DNA from: an uncultured virus (IMG/VR IMGVR_UViG_3300027842_000121)
Lineage: Duplodnaviria > Heunggongvirae > Uroviricota > Caudoviricetes
Strand: one strand, 5' to 3'
Virus record (IMG/VR): IMGVR_UViG_3300027842_000121
DNA length: 20,000 nucleotides
Part shown: in pieces, positions 6,878-15,470 of the stretch
Position numbering within the stretch: the first letter of the stretch is position 1
How the letters are laid out: every line of letters starts with the position of its first letter
Translations under genes and position numbers: made by a program
The notes under the pieces: generated by a model
Databases searched by the model: none
What the model saw: only the letters and a program-made list of their open reading frames with translations
Told to the model about the DNA's origin: nothing

Positions 6878-7166
6878 TCAATTCTCTCAGGATAAGCGCC
6901 AGCCCCTCGGGCGACGCTTGCGCCAAGGTGCCCATAAGGCGGATGCCGATATCGCGCTGGCCGTCGTAAAAGTCTGATTCCCGGTCGATCCCGAAGCGTT
7001 TGACAAAGACGCCGCAATCGGCAAGGAAGCCGGCAAACCACATGCGCCCCCCTTCGGAGCGCATCGCGCCGATCAGAAAATCGTCTTTTTGCGATTGGCG
7101 CAGCGCCGCATCGCGCTGGGCGCGTTCTACATCGGCAGGATCTGAAGCATCATATCGCTCAACCAC
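6870..7166 (-). CDS. Bbp19-like phage protein
   Basis: M.S..GR.W...L..CGVF......F..G.R.IG..L.......PE pattern, in its usual position upstream of the scaffold gene. Confidence 0.7.
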   Translation of the reverse strand: MVERYDASDPADVERAQRDAALRQSQKDDFLIGAMRSEGGRMWFAGFLADCGVFVKRFGIDRESDFYDGQRDIGIRLMGTLAQASPEGLALILRELNG

Positions 7167-7203
7167 GCGCTCGCGATGCGACGCTCACAGAAGAAAGGCA
7201 ATG

Positions 7204-7233
7204 CTTTACATATCTCTAGTCAGCGCGCTATAT
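7204..7233 (+). promoter_or_regulatory. candidate sigma70-type promoter for the RHH gene
   Basis: CTTTAC-N18-CTATAT resembles the rhizobial CTTGAC-N17-CTATAT consensus and lies 40 bp upstream of ATG 7273. Confidence 0.4.
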
Positions 7234-7272
7234 CCGCCGCATGCTTGTCGCTACGCCGTGGGGTCATCTCTG

Positions 7273-7485
7273 ATGTCAGAACGACAGTACACTAATGTCA
7301 GGGGCGAATACGCCTACACACCGGGGCCGCGCGCGCGGCTCATCCTGTCCGTCACACCAAAGCAAGCCATTTTTGTAAAGACCGCCGCCCAGAAACGCGA
7401 CGTTACGATCTCGGAATATATGCGCTCGGCAATCGACGCGCTGGAGCGGATGGAGATGAGAAAAACCAAGAATACAATGGATTAA
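7273..7485 (+). CDS. small ribbon-helix-helix-like DNA-binding protein
   Basis: RLILSVTPKQAIFVKTAAQKRDVTISEYMRSAID fits the strand-helix-helix (CopG/Arc-like) pattern. This is the only credible plus-strand gene in the window. Confidence 0.55.
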   Translation: MSERQYTNVRGEYAYTPGPRARLILSVTPKQAIFVKTAAQKRDVTISEYMRSAIDALERMEMRKTKNTMD

Positions 7486-7487
7486 AC

Positions 7488-7670
7488 CTATGGACACCCA
7501 GACTTTAACCAGCAGCTGATCGCAGCAACCACCGGCCCTGGGATCGGCAGTTGCCCCCTGACATAACGATAAACAGTCGTGCGCTCGATCCCCAAATGAA
7601 AAGCGAGACTGGATACCCAGCCTCGCTCGCCAAACAATAGAATGGCCGCACTCTTGAATTCGTCAGCGGC
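7488..7670 (-). pseudogene. Cro/XRE-like HTH gene lacking a start codon
   Basis: ADEFKSAAILLFGERGWVSSLAFHLGIERTTVYRYVRGQLPIPGPV is HTH-like. Its expected 5' end is replaced by TROVE-coding DNA in another frame. Confidence 0.55.
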
Positions 7671-8079
7671 GCGCCGGAATCTCCGCGATTGCTTCGACCA
7701 GCGCCTGATCAATTGCCGGCTCGAACTGGGGTGCCGCCCGTGCCGCAGCAATGTAGCGGAACGGCAATACCCGGCGCGCGCCCTTGCGGGAAACAATCGC
7801 TTCAGAGACCAACCCTGGATCAACACCGGCCTGCACCATGTTGCGCAGGTTGCGCAGGAGAGCCAGATAGCCAAGCTGCCTCTCGCGGATCAGCCGCTCG
7901 AAAGTCTCCTTCTTGTCGGCGCCACCCGAGAGCGCGACTTCCCATGTATCGGGCGTCGCCAACGCGCGATCCTTGACGCGCCGCCACAATACCGATTGCG
8001 CCTCGTCCCGCGGTTTCGGCCGCACCATGCGCAGCACGTCACGCAGCTTGACCGCTTTTTCACGGTCGTACTTCGCCAG
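7663..8079 (-). pseudogene. internal fragment of a TROVE-domain (Ro60/Rsr-like) gene
   Basis: LAKYDREKAVKLRDVLRMVRPKP...TPDTWEVALS...LGYLALLRNLRNM...RVLPFRYIAA matches bacterial TROVE motifs. The N-terminal part and the vWA domain are missing. A 124-aa product could be made from GTG 8037. Confidence 0.75.
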
Positions 8080-8137
8080 ATTGAGCGATGAACTCCGATA
8101 ATCTCCCCGTGCGGATCGCCTCCGCCAGAGTAAGCAT
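8060..8137 (-). pseudogene. 25-aa ORF (MLTLAEAIRTGRLSEFIAQ...), probably a 3'-truncated small gene
   Basis: The ATG overlaps the upstream TGA. The protein-like sequence ends at about 8080, exactly where TROVE similarity begins in another frame. Confidence 0.45.
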
Positions 8138-8910
8138 CACGCCGCCTCTAAAAGCTGAATGAAGGTCCGATCTGGCGCGGTCATCGGCACAAGCTTAGTG
8201 GCGGAACTGGAAACTAGACTATAGAAATCTCCCAAATCCTCACGAGACTTGATGACACCAAATCTATCGGGAGGCGACTCCACCATTGCAAAATCGCTAA
8301 ACTTTGCGTAGGCGCCAACTGCGCTGATGTAGACACCTGAAATCGGCTCGAAGAATGCAGGCCGATGCACTTTGTCAAGCACCGCAACGGAAACACGCCA
8401 TTTGTGGCGCGCCCCCGAAAACTCGGGGTCTTTCTGGACGTCTCGCGTCTTATACAGAGCCGATAACCGCTGATATAGGTCGTCCCTTGCGTCCCGATCG
8501 GACCGTTCGGCCAAGCGCAACGCGGCAGCATGGGTTGCTCTGGCTGAGCAATTGGCTACGGTCACCATCGCGCCTCGGACGCGCTCTATCGGCACTTCGG
8601 CGATAAATATGTCGCGGCCATCAAACCGGATGGCCGCGAGTTCAGCAATCCGCTGGGCCTCCGCTCGGTAATAGCGAAGCGCTCCGAACAGCTCCGCTTC
8701 TTGATACCCGCCCCCGCGGTCGGAGACGAAACAGCGCGCCCTTCGCGCCACCACTTCTAGCACGACGCTCGCGCCGCTCGGGTAAATCACTGGCAGCCTG
8801 ACAATCGATCCGGCCTGAAAATGATCAACCTGCGTCATTCGACGCACGGCGTCATCTAGGCTGCGCCGCAGCGCTTCGCTGGGTGGTGCCTGGCTTAGGA
8901 GGCTAAGCAT
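8137..8910 (-). CDS. DUF1828-like protein with a possible C-terminal nuclease-like (DUF1829-like) region
   Basis: P..YPSG..V...V......VSD.G.G..E N-terminal pattern and F.GA.HKW C-terminal pattern. Codon usage is lower in GC than the phage core genes. Confidence 0.55.
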   Translation of the reverse strand: MLSLLSQAPPSEALRRSLDDAVRRMTQVDHFQAGSIVRLPVIYPSGASVVLEVVARRARCFVSDRGGGYQEAELFGALRYYRAEAQRIAELAAIRFDGRDIFIAEVPIERVRGAMVTVANCSARATHAAALRLAERSDRDARDDLYQRLSALYKTRDVQKDPEFSGARHKWRVSVAVLDKVHRPAFFEPISGVYISAVGAYAKFSDFAMVESPPDRFGVIKSREDLGDFYSLVSSSATKLVPMTAPDRTFIQLLEAA

Positions 8911-9055
8911 TAGCTGTCCAAAACAAATCAGGCGTTACGGCCGGCAGGCGAATACGATTTATGTCGTTGATTCTAAACCTCCGACCACACAACGCAAGGA
9001 AATCGGAAAGCGTCGCTGGCTCGGGCTCCAACGGACACGCCGCAGGCAAATTTCC
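8903..9055 (-). pseudogene. C-terminal remnant of the gene normally upstream of DUF1828-type genes
   Basis: 50 codons (GNLPAACPLEPEPATLSDFLALCGRRFRINDINRIRLPAVTPDLFWTANA*). The stop overlaps the DUF1828 start, and an in-frame TGA (9058-9056) lies directly upstream with no ATG. Confidence 0.5.
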
Positions 9056-9060
9056 TCAAT

Positions 9061-9267
9061 TTAGTGACTGACAATCCGAAACTGCGGACGAGACAGACCG
9101 CCCGGCTGCTGCGCCAGAACCAGGATTTTTTTCTGCTGGTCGGCATAGACCGCCGCCACCCGCAGCCATTTAGGGTCGCCGCGCCAGTGAGCCATCTGGC
9201 GGCAACAGCCCTCGGCCTCTTTCAAGCACTCCTGCAACTTCTGCATGATCTCGAATTCGGTCAGCAT
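9061..9267 (-). CDS. hypothetical phage protein
   Basis: 68 aa, helical, with AGGAG immediately upstream; packed 3 bp after the previous stop. Confidence 0.65.
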   Translation of the reverse strand: MLTEFEIMQKLQECLKEAEGCCRQMAHWRGDPKWLRVAAVYADQQKKILVLAQQPGGLSRPQFRIVSH

Positions 9268-9270
9268 CTC

Positions 9271-9558
9271 CTACCTGACCCTCTTCTTGATACCCTGAAT
9301 CTCGTCCTCATGCGCATGCTGCGCCGAGCGCAGCTCGGTAATCGCCTTCTCGTGCGCCGCCTGCTGCACCCTCATATCGTCTAGCTCTGCCTGTAGCCGG
9401 GCATTCATAGTCTGCAATTCCATGACCGCCCCCGAGAGCGGTGGCACCTGAGACATCTGCGGGCCGCTGGCGCCCGAGCTCTGCGCCCACGCTCCGAAAG
9501 GCAATAAAGTCGCCAAGCCAAAAGTCGCCAAAGTGCACAAAGTCGCTGCGCCTTTCAT
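9271..9558 (-). CDS. putative secreted coiled-coil protein
   Basis: ATG 9558 with a GGAGG RBS; signal peptide ending AWA|Q; heptad-like C-terminal half. Confidence 0.65.
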   Translation of the reverse strand: MKGAATLCTLATFGLATLLPFGAWAQSSGASGPQMSQVPPLSGAVMELQTMNARLQAELDDMRVQQAAHEKAITELRSAQHAHEDEIQGIKKRVR

Positions 9559-9617
9559 CCTATCCCTCCAAAAGCCAACAAAATCAATATGGCAAAAGTG
9601 AATTTCGTGCCCCTCAC
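9555..9617 (-). CDS. candidate 20-aa hydrophobic micro-ORF (MRGTKFTFAILILLAFGGIG)
   Basis: GTGA overlap with the upstream stop and ATGA overlap with the downstream start; it fills the gap exactly. Confidence 0.35.
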   Translation of the reverse strand: MRGTKFTFAILILLAFGGIG

Positions 9618-12157
9618 TTCGCCGCAGAAACCTTATAGGCAACCGAGTTTGGTGCGGCTCCGGAAAGTGCGCAAGCCTGCACCGTCGCAATTCCAGCACC
9701 CGGCGACGACATGAACGCTGCGGGCGCCATGACGCCCGTTCCGGGGTTGGCAAGCGGCACGGCCGTCGCATTGGTCAGATTGCTCGCACCGGGGATCGTC
9801 ACCGTCGTCGTGGCGCACGATCCGGCAGTCGGAGCTATCGCCGGGGAGACGGCCGAAAGCGGCCAGGTGACGGTAATCCCCGGATCGTTGCCGACCAGCA
9901 GCGGCGTCGTGTACCCGCCGACACTATTGGTGCCGATCGTCATCGTCGGCGCATCGGCACCCGATCCAAACGAATCATAGCCAATTGCCGCCAGAGTGCC
10001 GATCGGTGCGGCGGCGTTCACGTAATTGCCCGAGATAAGCCCGCCGCCAACCCCGGTCGTCGATACGTTGTGGGAAAGCCCGTAATTCGCCGAGCCCGCC
10101 GGCTGCATGCAGCGGTCGCCGATCTCCACCAGATTGATGATGTTCAGCGTGGAAACGCAGGCGCTCGCGGTGGTGCCAGCCCCGGAAATCTGATTGGAAA
10201 CCAAGGTCAATCCGTTGACCGACGGGCTCGCCTCGATGCCGTTGAACTGTCCGGGCTTGAGATTGTAGCCGTCGATAACGCAGCCCTGCACCGTGACGTT
10301 GCTGCCCCCGCCGCCGATATTGACCCCGTAGCCCTGGGCGTTCTTGATGTCGCAGGCCGAGATGACCCCGGTCGTTATCGGCGAAAGAACGCTGATCGCG
10401 CCATCGGCCCCGGTTCCGGCCCCCCTCACCGTGGCGTTTCCGATCGTCAAATCTGCTACCGCGTCCTGAATGATTATCCCCGCATAGGCGCCAGCCGTGC
10501 CGTATCCGTCGCAATTGAAGCCCAGAATCTTCAGCGACGCCATACCACCGGTAACACCGCCGCCAAGGCTCATACAGTTGTTGGCAACATCGACAACATT
10601 GTTGCCGGACATCACCGTATCTACAAAATCGCCTCCCGTAATACCATTACCGCTGGTGAATTGTCCGTTCAAATTGTTATTGCTGATGGTGGCATTTCTT
10701 ATAAGCGGACTGAATCTCATCGCATCGTAGAGCGAGCCCCACAAAGTAATATTGTTTCCGCTCGCAGAAAACTGGCCCGGAACCACAGCTGTTGTCGAAG
10801 TAAAGAGGATACCGTTCTGCCCGCAGTTCTTCAGGCGATTGCCGTCAAGAACGAGACTGGTATAGCCTCCCGTACCACCAACAACCGGACCCTGTACAAC
10901 AATACAATGCTGACCGGTTCCGGTCGCATCTGAGTTGACAACCTTGAAATACCCAGACAGAGGAGACGGCCACGTTACCTCGTCCGCATAACAGATTTGC
11001 GCATACCAGCAATGACTGTTGATGATCTCAATATCAAAGATCGCGGCCCCGATACAATGGTTGACACCTCCGCCGGACACCTGGAACACACAAGTTATAT
11101 TGTTAAAAACGATATCCTGGCCCTGATAATGCGTGCCCCAACCGCCGCGATTGATCCCGGTCGGATTGTAAGACGCGCCATCGACAAACTTGATGTGCCG
11201 AGTAGTGCCTGGATTGATATCGGAATCTTCGAGCGTCCCGCACGGGCCGCTCTGCCAGCATTGATTGCCGGTCACCAACCCGAATTCCGAGGCGTCCTGA
11301 ACGGTCACACAGTAGCCGTCGGCCAGCGCCGCCTCGGTCACGCCGACACAGGAAATGTGGCTCGTCTCGAAATGGATGTCGTCGTTGATGATCAGGTTGC
11401 CTTCGCCGTTGAACCCGGAGAAGACAGTGTTGGCAAAGGTGCAGCGGTAACAGCCCTGCACCTCCAGAGCCATGTTCACATTATCGACCGCCGGCCCGAC
11501 AAACTGGCCGCCGCGGATGGTCAAATCCGACAGTAGTGCGGTCGGCGTTGCAATGGCGCTGTCGCTGACCAGATAGCCGTCCTCGAGCGGCTCGAACAGG
11601 GTAAGGGTATTACCTGAAATCGAGCGGATCAGGTGGATCTCGCCGGCATGGTGATCGAGCCCGGAGCCGGGCGGCGAGGTGGTAAAGTTGGACGACACCT
11701 TGACTGCACAGGCCGGGTTCGGAATGCCGGTGTTGCTGGCGCAAAACCCCGCCGTACTCGCGACCTGGAGGCTCATCTGGTTGAAGGTGCCGTCCGCGGT
11801 CAGCGCCGAAGACGCGCCAAGGGTATCCGACATCGTCATCAACGGCACGGCCGCATCAGGCCCGCGCGCGTCGACGAATTGCGCGTTTGAAGCCATATCC
11901 AGCGAGACGGCGCATTTCGGGTCCGCGGGGGCCGTCACAAACTTGTAGACCCCAGCCGGCACGGTGGCCGTCTTGCCGCACAGCGCCGGCATGAAACGGG
12001 TAAAGATCGGACCGTTGTCGACCGTCCCGGTGCCGTCGGCGCCGTAATCGAGGACATTGGGATTGACGGGCGCCACACTCGTCGCCGCCACAAACATCAG
12101 GGCGCAGGCAGCCAACGTCACACCGGCGCAGCGTACCAGCCGCCGGCCAAAACTCAT
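9614..12157 (-). CDS. right-handed beta-helix (pectate-lyase-like) tailspike/depolymerase-like protein with a signal-peptide-like N-terminus
   Basis: NVLDYGADGTG..DN and VPAGVY (pectate lyase 3-like N-terminal motifs), then many Gly/Asn/Ile beta-helix turns (I.GN.I). ATG 12157 overlaps the upstream TGA. Confidence 0.8.
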   Translation of the reverse strand: MSFGRRLVRCAGVTLAACALMFVAATSVAPVNPNVLDYGADGTGTVDNGPIFTRFMPALCGKTATVPAGVYKFVTAPADPKCAVSLDMASNAQFVDARGPDAAVPLMTMSDTLGASSALTADGTFNQMSLQVASTAGFCASNTGIPNPACAVKVSSNFTTSPPGSGLDHHAGEIHLIRSISGNTLTLFEPLEDGYLVSDSAIATPTALLSDLTIRGGQFVGPAVDNVNMALEVQGCYRCTFANTVFSGFNGEGNLIINDDIHFETSHISCVGVTEAALADGYCVTVQDASEFGLVTGNQCWQSGPCGTLEDSDINPGTTRHIKFVDGASYNPTGINRGGWGTHYQGQDIVFNNITCVFQVSGGGVNHCIGAAIFDIEIINSHCWYAQICYADEVTWPSPLSGYFKVVNSDATGTGQHCIVVQGPVVGGTGGYTSLVLDGNRLKNCGQNGILFTSTTAVVPGQFSASGNNITLWGSLYDAMRFSPLIRNATISNNNLNGQFTSGNGITGGDFVDTVMSGNNVVDVANNCMSLGGGVTGGMASLKILGFNCDGYGTAGAYAGIIIQDAVADLTIGNATVRGAGTGADGAISVLSPITTGVISACDIKNAQGYGVNIGGGGSNVTVQGCVIDGYNLKPGQFNGIEASPSVNGLTLVSNQISGAGTTASACVSTLNIINLVEIGDRCMQPAGSANYGLSHNVSTTGVGGGLISGNYVNAAAPIGTLAAIGYDSFGSGADAPTMTIGTNSVGGYTTPLLVGNDPGITVTWPLSAVSPAIAPTAGSCATTTVTIPGASNLTNATAVPLANPGTGVMAPAAFMSSPGAGIATVQACALSGAAPNSVAYKVSAAK

Positions 12158-12762
12158 GGGAGAATCCAACGTCCCAGCCCCAGATAGCCGTTCGGAATGA
12201 TCACCCCGCCGCCATCGTCCGGGCGTGCGTCGGTGGTACTCCAGACATAAGTGACAGGCGGCTTGTCCCCCGGCTCATAGTACCCCAGCACCATCACCGG
12301 CATCGGCCCCGGAGGAGCCGGCAATGCCCGCAAAGTCGCAATATTCGGCACCCAGCCGAGATTGACCAGCCCGAGCAGCCCGAAGCCCTGCAGTTTGTAG
12401 CGGTGGCCAAGGAGGTCGACGACGCAGGTCAGGCCATTATCGGGCGATGTCGTATCGGTCGGATCCCACTCCCAGAACCCGGCCCCCACCCCGATCGGCG
12501 TACCCCCGACCCCGGTGCCGAACACACCGCCGGTACCGGTGCCGAATACCCCGCCTTCGCCGCTGCCGAACACGCCAGAAGGCGCTATCGAGGGATCGAA
12601 TTGCGGGTCGTAGTAGGCCTCGACGTAGAACACCCGCGTTACGGTCTTGCTGTAATAATACTGGAAAAAGGTCTGGTTGGTGCGCAGCGCATCGAGCGAG
12701 GGCAGAATCGGGATGATCAGCTCGTCCTGCAGCGAGCCGTTGAGGTTGCGCAGGCCGCTCAT
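12154..12762 (-). CDS. protein with two tandem tailspike N-terminal (TSP1/Gp66-N-like) domains
   Basis: Two copies of ..LR......V..YY...........W...D...D.G..(V/I)......R(Y/W). The start overlaps the portal stop. Confidence 0.6.
   Translation of the reverse strand: MSGLRNLNGSLQDELIIPILPSLDALRTNQTFFQYYYSKTVTRVFYVEAYYDPQFDPSIAPSGVFGSGEGGVFGTGTGGVFGTGVGGTPIGVGAGFWEWDPTDTTSPDNGLTCVVDLLGHRYKLQGFGLLGLVNLGWVPNIATLRALPAPPGPMPVMVLGYYEPGDKPPVTYVWSTTDARPDDGGGVIIPNGYLGLGRWILP
12505..12576 (-). repeat. 3 x 24-nt coding tandem repeat (GVFGSGEG GVFGTGTG GVFGTGVG)
   Basis: Directly visible in the translation of 12154..12762. Confidence 0.85.
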
Positions 12763-14624
12763 CGCGGCGCTCCGGGCGCCGGCCCGGGAGCTGCCGGGCC
12801 GGCGCCGCCGCCACCGGTGCCCAGCACCTGGTCGAGTGCGGTGTTGCCGCCGCCGACCGGCGTCTGGCTCAAGGTCTGGGCGCCCTGGATCGCCGCACCC
12901 GCGGCTGCCGTCAACGCCTGCTGCTGCTGCGCCTGCGCCCGGTTGGCGCGCAACTTCCGCACCTCTTCAGGTGAATTGAGAATGTCCACCGGCACGTTGA
13001 GCAGGCTCGCATAGTGCCGCCCGGTTCGGTCGGGGTTGATCAGATCACGCGCTTCCGGGTAGACCGCCCCGAGATTGCCGCCGATCGTCGCCACAAACCG
13101 CTCGATCGAACCCGTCGCAGCCGCCCGCTGCGCCATCGCCATCTCGGAAATGTAATCGATCTGCAGCGGCAGCCGCGCCAAACTCTCCGGCATCGGCGGA
13201 AACATCCCGCGGCGCCGCATGATCTCGAAAATCCGCACTACCGCAGGCGAGCCGCCCTCGCTCTGAAACGCCTCGATGACCGGCCCCAGCACCTGAATCT
13301 TCTCGCCCTTGCGCTCGTAAATCTCCAACTCGTTGCGCGGCTGAATCCCTTCCATCTGACTGATCATCAGAAAGATGTCGGTGAAAAAGGCGCGATTGAT
13401 CCGGTCCTGGCACTCCTTGATGTCGGCCAGCATCCCGGCCAGATCAGGCGCCACCTCGTAGATCGGCCGCATCCCTTTCCCGGCATCGACCTGGCTCACA
13501 TAGGTAATATGCCCCGGCAGGATCGAAGACGGCTGGTTCTTCAACTCGGCATGCGCCAGGAGCGGCGGGCGCACCTGCTTCTCGATCGCCTCGGCCTTGC
13601 GCTTCTGCTCGGTCTGCAACTGCATGATGTCGGGCAGCGCGTCCATCCCCGGCGAACGCCCATAAGCGTCGTTCGAAACCGTCTGCCAGCGCGCCGCGAT
13701 AAACGGCCTCTCATAAAACCCGCGCTTCGACAGGGGCCGCTCGTTCTGCTGCCCCCAAACCCAGTACACCTCGCGCCAGGTGTATTCCTCTCCCACCAGA
13801 CGCACGCTCGATCCCGGATAGCGCCCGCGGATCGCAAAATTGGGCTCGATCGCGTGCGCAATCACCCGCTCGGTTTCGAGTGCGGCACCCTTCGTCGCCC
13901 ACAGCTGCTGAATGTCGGCCGGGCAATTCTCGACCCCGAACATGTCGATAATCTGGGCCACCGTGAGAGTGAATTGCCGGTAAAGCGTATTATCTTCAAA
14001 TTGCGACGAAGCGCCCAAATAATACTCGCCGGCGCACGGATTATACCCGCGCACTACATTTTCTTCGTCCTCGTAAAAGATGATGACGCCAGTGCCGAAG
14101 ACAGTCATGTCCTCGAACATCTGACCCATGCACTTATAAAAATTCGACTCTGCCATCACCGCATACATGCGGTTTTCAACTTCCTCCAGCCACGCCGCAG
14201 CCTCGGCGTCGATCTCCAGGTTGCGGTCGATCCCGGCCTTCAGCTTGAACCAGGGATGTGTGGCGCTGCACAACCCCGAGGTCATCCCCGAAGCGCAGGT
14301 GCGCATCGCCAAGGTGCCGGTCGAGTCCACGATCTCCTGGTTGATCGGAAACCCGCGCACCATCGTATTCGCGGTGATCAGCCAATGGTAACGCCGCGGC
14401 AGGATGAACCTTGCCAGAAGCGACCAATGCTCCCACCACGACAAACGCCAGTTGCGCAGCATCGCCAACCGCGCTTCGAGATGCGTCCAGAGATCTCCCC
14501 AATCGGGATCGTAGAAATGCTCAATGTCGGGAGGACTTGCCGGCTGTGCGGCAAGCAGCGTCGGCGACGACCGCTCGTAATGCGGCGCCTCCTCGACCAG
14601 CGCCAGCGCCGTCGAGCGCGCCAC
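12759..14624 (-). CDS. portal (head-to-tail connector), T7 gp8 / BPP-1 Bbp21 type
   Basis: 621 aa with I.DST...A....ASG..SG......WF.L, D..VFGT, RW......YGRSPGM.AL.DI..LQ, I..AFF.D.F, E..ER..EK...LGPV and YIS.MA.AQR. Confidence 0.92.
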   Translation of the reverse strand: MARSTALALVEEAPHYERSSPTLLAAQPASPPDIEHFYDPDWGDLWTHLEARLAMLRNWRLSWWEHWSLLARFILPRRYHWLITANTMVRGFPINQEIVDSTGTLAMRTCASGMTSGLCSATHPWFKLKAGIDRNLEIDAEAAAWLEEVENRMYAVMAESNFYKCMGQMFEDMTVFGTGVIIFYEDEENVVRGYNPCAGEYYLGASSQFEDNTLYRQFTLTVAQIIDMFGVENCPADIQQLWATKGAALETERVIAHAIEPNFAIRGRYPGSSVRLVGEEYTWREVYWVWGQQNERPLSKRGFYERPFIAARWQTVSNDAYGRSPGMDALPDIMQLQTEQKRKAEAIEKQVRPPLLAHAELKNQPSSILPGHITYVSQVDAGKGMRPIYEVAPDLAGMLADIKECQDRINRAFFTDIFLMISQMEGIQPRNELEIYERKGEKIQVLGPVIEAFQSEGGSPAVVRIFEIMRRRGMFPPMPESLARLPLQIDYISEMAMAQRAAATGSIERFVATIGGNLGAVYPEARDLINPDRTGRHYASLLNVPVDILNSPEEVRKLRANRAQAQQQQALTAAAGAAIQGAQTLSQTPVGGGNTALDQVLGTGGGGAGPAAPGPAPGAPR

Positions 14625-14735
14625 TTATCGCCCCACGCCAATCATTACGACCGACGTGTATGCCTATTTTACAAGAAGATTGAACGTCCTATCGCCGCCG
14701 AGAGAGCAGCACTACAGCAGCAGTCACCTATCGCG

Positions 14736-15194
14736 TCAGGCCTGCGCCGTCGCAACATCCTCTTTCGGGCTGCGCCCGGCACGCTCGTTCCAGCCCGCCA
14801 TCCAGCCCTGCTGCCACTCCTCACGCTCCACAGTCGTTGGCACATAGGGGTTGCTCGACGCCGGATCGCCATTCATCGCCGCTCGATGCCCGGCATCATA
14901 TTCCAGGCGGGCGGACGGCTTGCGCTTCTTCGGAAGCTTCATCCGCAGCATCGCCGCCTCACCCAAGGGCGTGTCGGCCAGCATCCCAAGCTCTCGCCGG
15001 TAGCCGTCCATGGCCGCCTCTTCTGCAGCCACCGTGTCCACATCCCGCTTGCGCTCGCGGATCAGCCGGCGCAGCAGCTTCGGGTCGAAGCCGTAGGCCT
15101 TCGCCTCGATGTAAACTTCCTTGATGTCTTCGACGATCCCGGCCCGATCGCCCTCCAACAGCTCGATGCGATCGACGATCGCTTTCAGATCCAT
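14736..15194 (-). CDS. GapR (DUF2312) DNA-binding domain fused to an Rmf/CrpP-like C-terminal domain
   Basis: LKAIVDRIELLE.....I.EDIKEVY.EAK..GFDPK.LR.LIR.RK........E.....Y...LGM is the DUF2312 pattern. The tail YDAGH.A...G.....NPY.......W..GW resembles Rmf. Confidence 0.8.
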   Translation of the reverse strand: MDLKAIVDRIELLEGDRAGIVEDIKEVYIEAKAYGFDPKLLRRLIRERKRDVDTVAAEEAAMDGYRRELGMLADTPLGEAAMLRMKLPKKRKPSARLEYDAGHRAAMNGDPASSNPYVPTTVEREEWQQGWMAGWNERAGRSPKEDVATAQA

Positions 15195-15469
15195 CACCGC
15201 CCCCTAAACTCTTCGGCATGAGCCGAACAATAGGGACGGCTGCCGATGAATACGGTCGGCCGTTCCTGACAATCCCCACGCGCACAAATAAGCTGCATCG
15301 ACGATGGTGTGTACCTGAAGCCACCTATAACACCTTTGGACGGCCTATCTTTACTTATCGCATCTACAGACAGTGGCGGACGCGCCATCTTCGCCAGATA
15401 TTCGCCTATTTTACTCAACTTCTCGTCAATTCCGCGCAAAACCATCAGGATTTCGTCGGTTTTGTCCAT
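15194..15469 (-). CDS. hypothetical protein with a C-terminal Cys/His cluster
   Basis: ATG 15469 with a GGGAGG RBS; contains CARGDC...YCSAH, a possible zinc site. Confidence 0.6.
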   Translation of the reverse strand: MDKTDEILMVLRGIDEKLSKIGEYLAKMARPPLSVDAISKDRPSKGVIGGFRYTPSSMQLICARGDCQERPTVFIGSRPYCSAHAEEFRGR

Positions 15470-15470
15470 T

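Noticed and set aside
7488..7874. 128-aa ORF as a full-length HTH protein
   Set aside because: Its first ~65 codons are an off-frame reading of the TROVE fragment; only the C-terminal part is HTH-like.
9614..12157. BPP-1-style diversity-generating retroelement target
   Set aside because: No reverse transcriptase and no TR/VR repeat pair are visible in this window.
13014..15221. 735-aa plus-strand ORF
   Set aside because: It is the antisense shadow of the portal and GapR genes: Arg/His/Pro-rich with no motifs, as expected in high-GC coding DNA.
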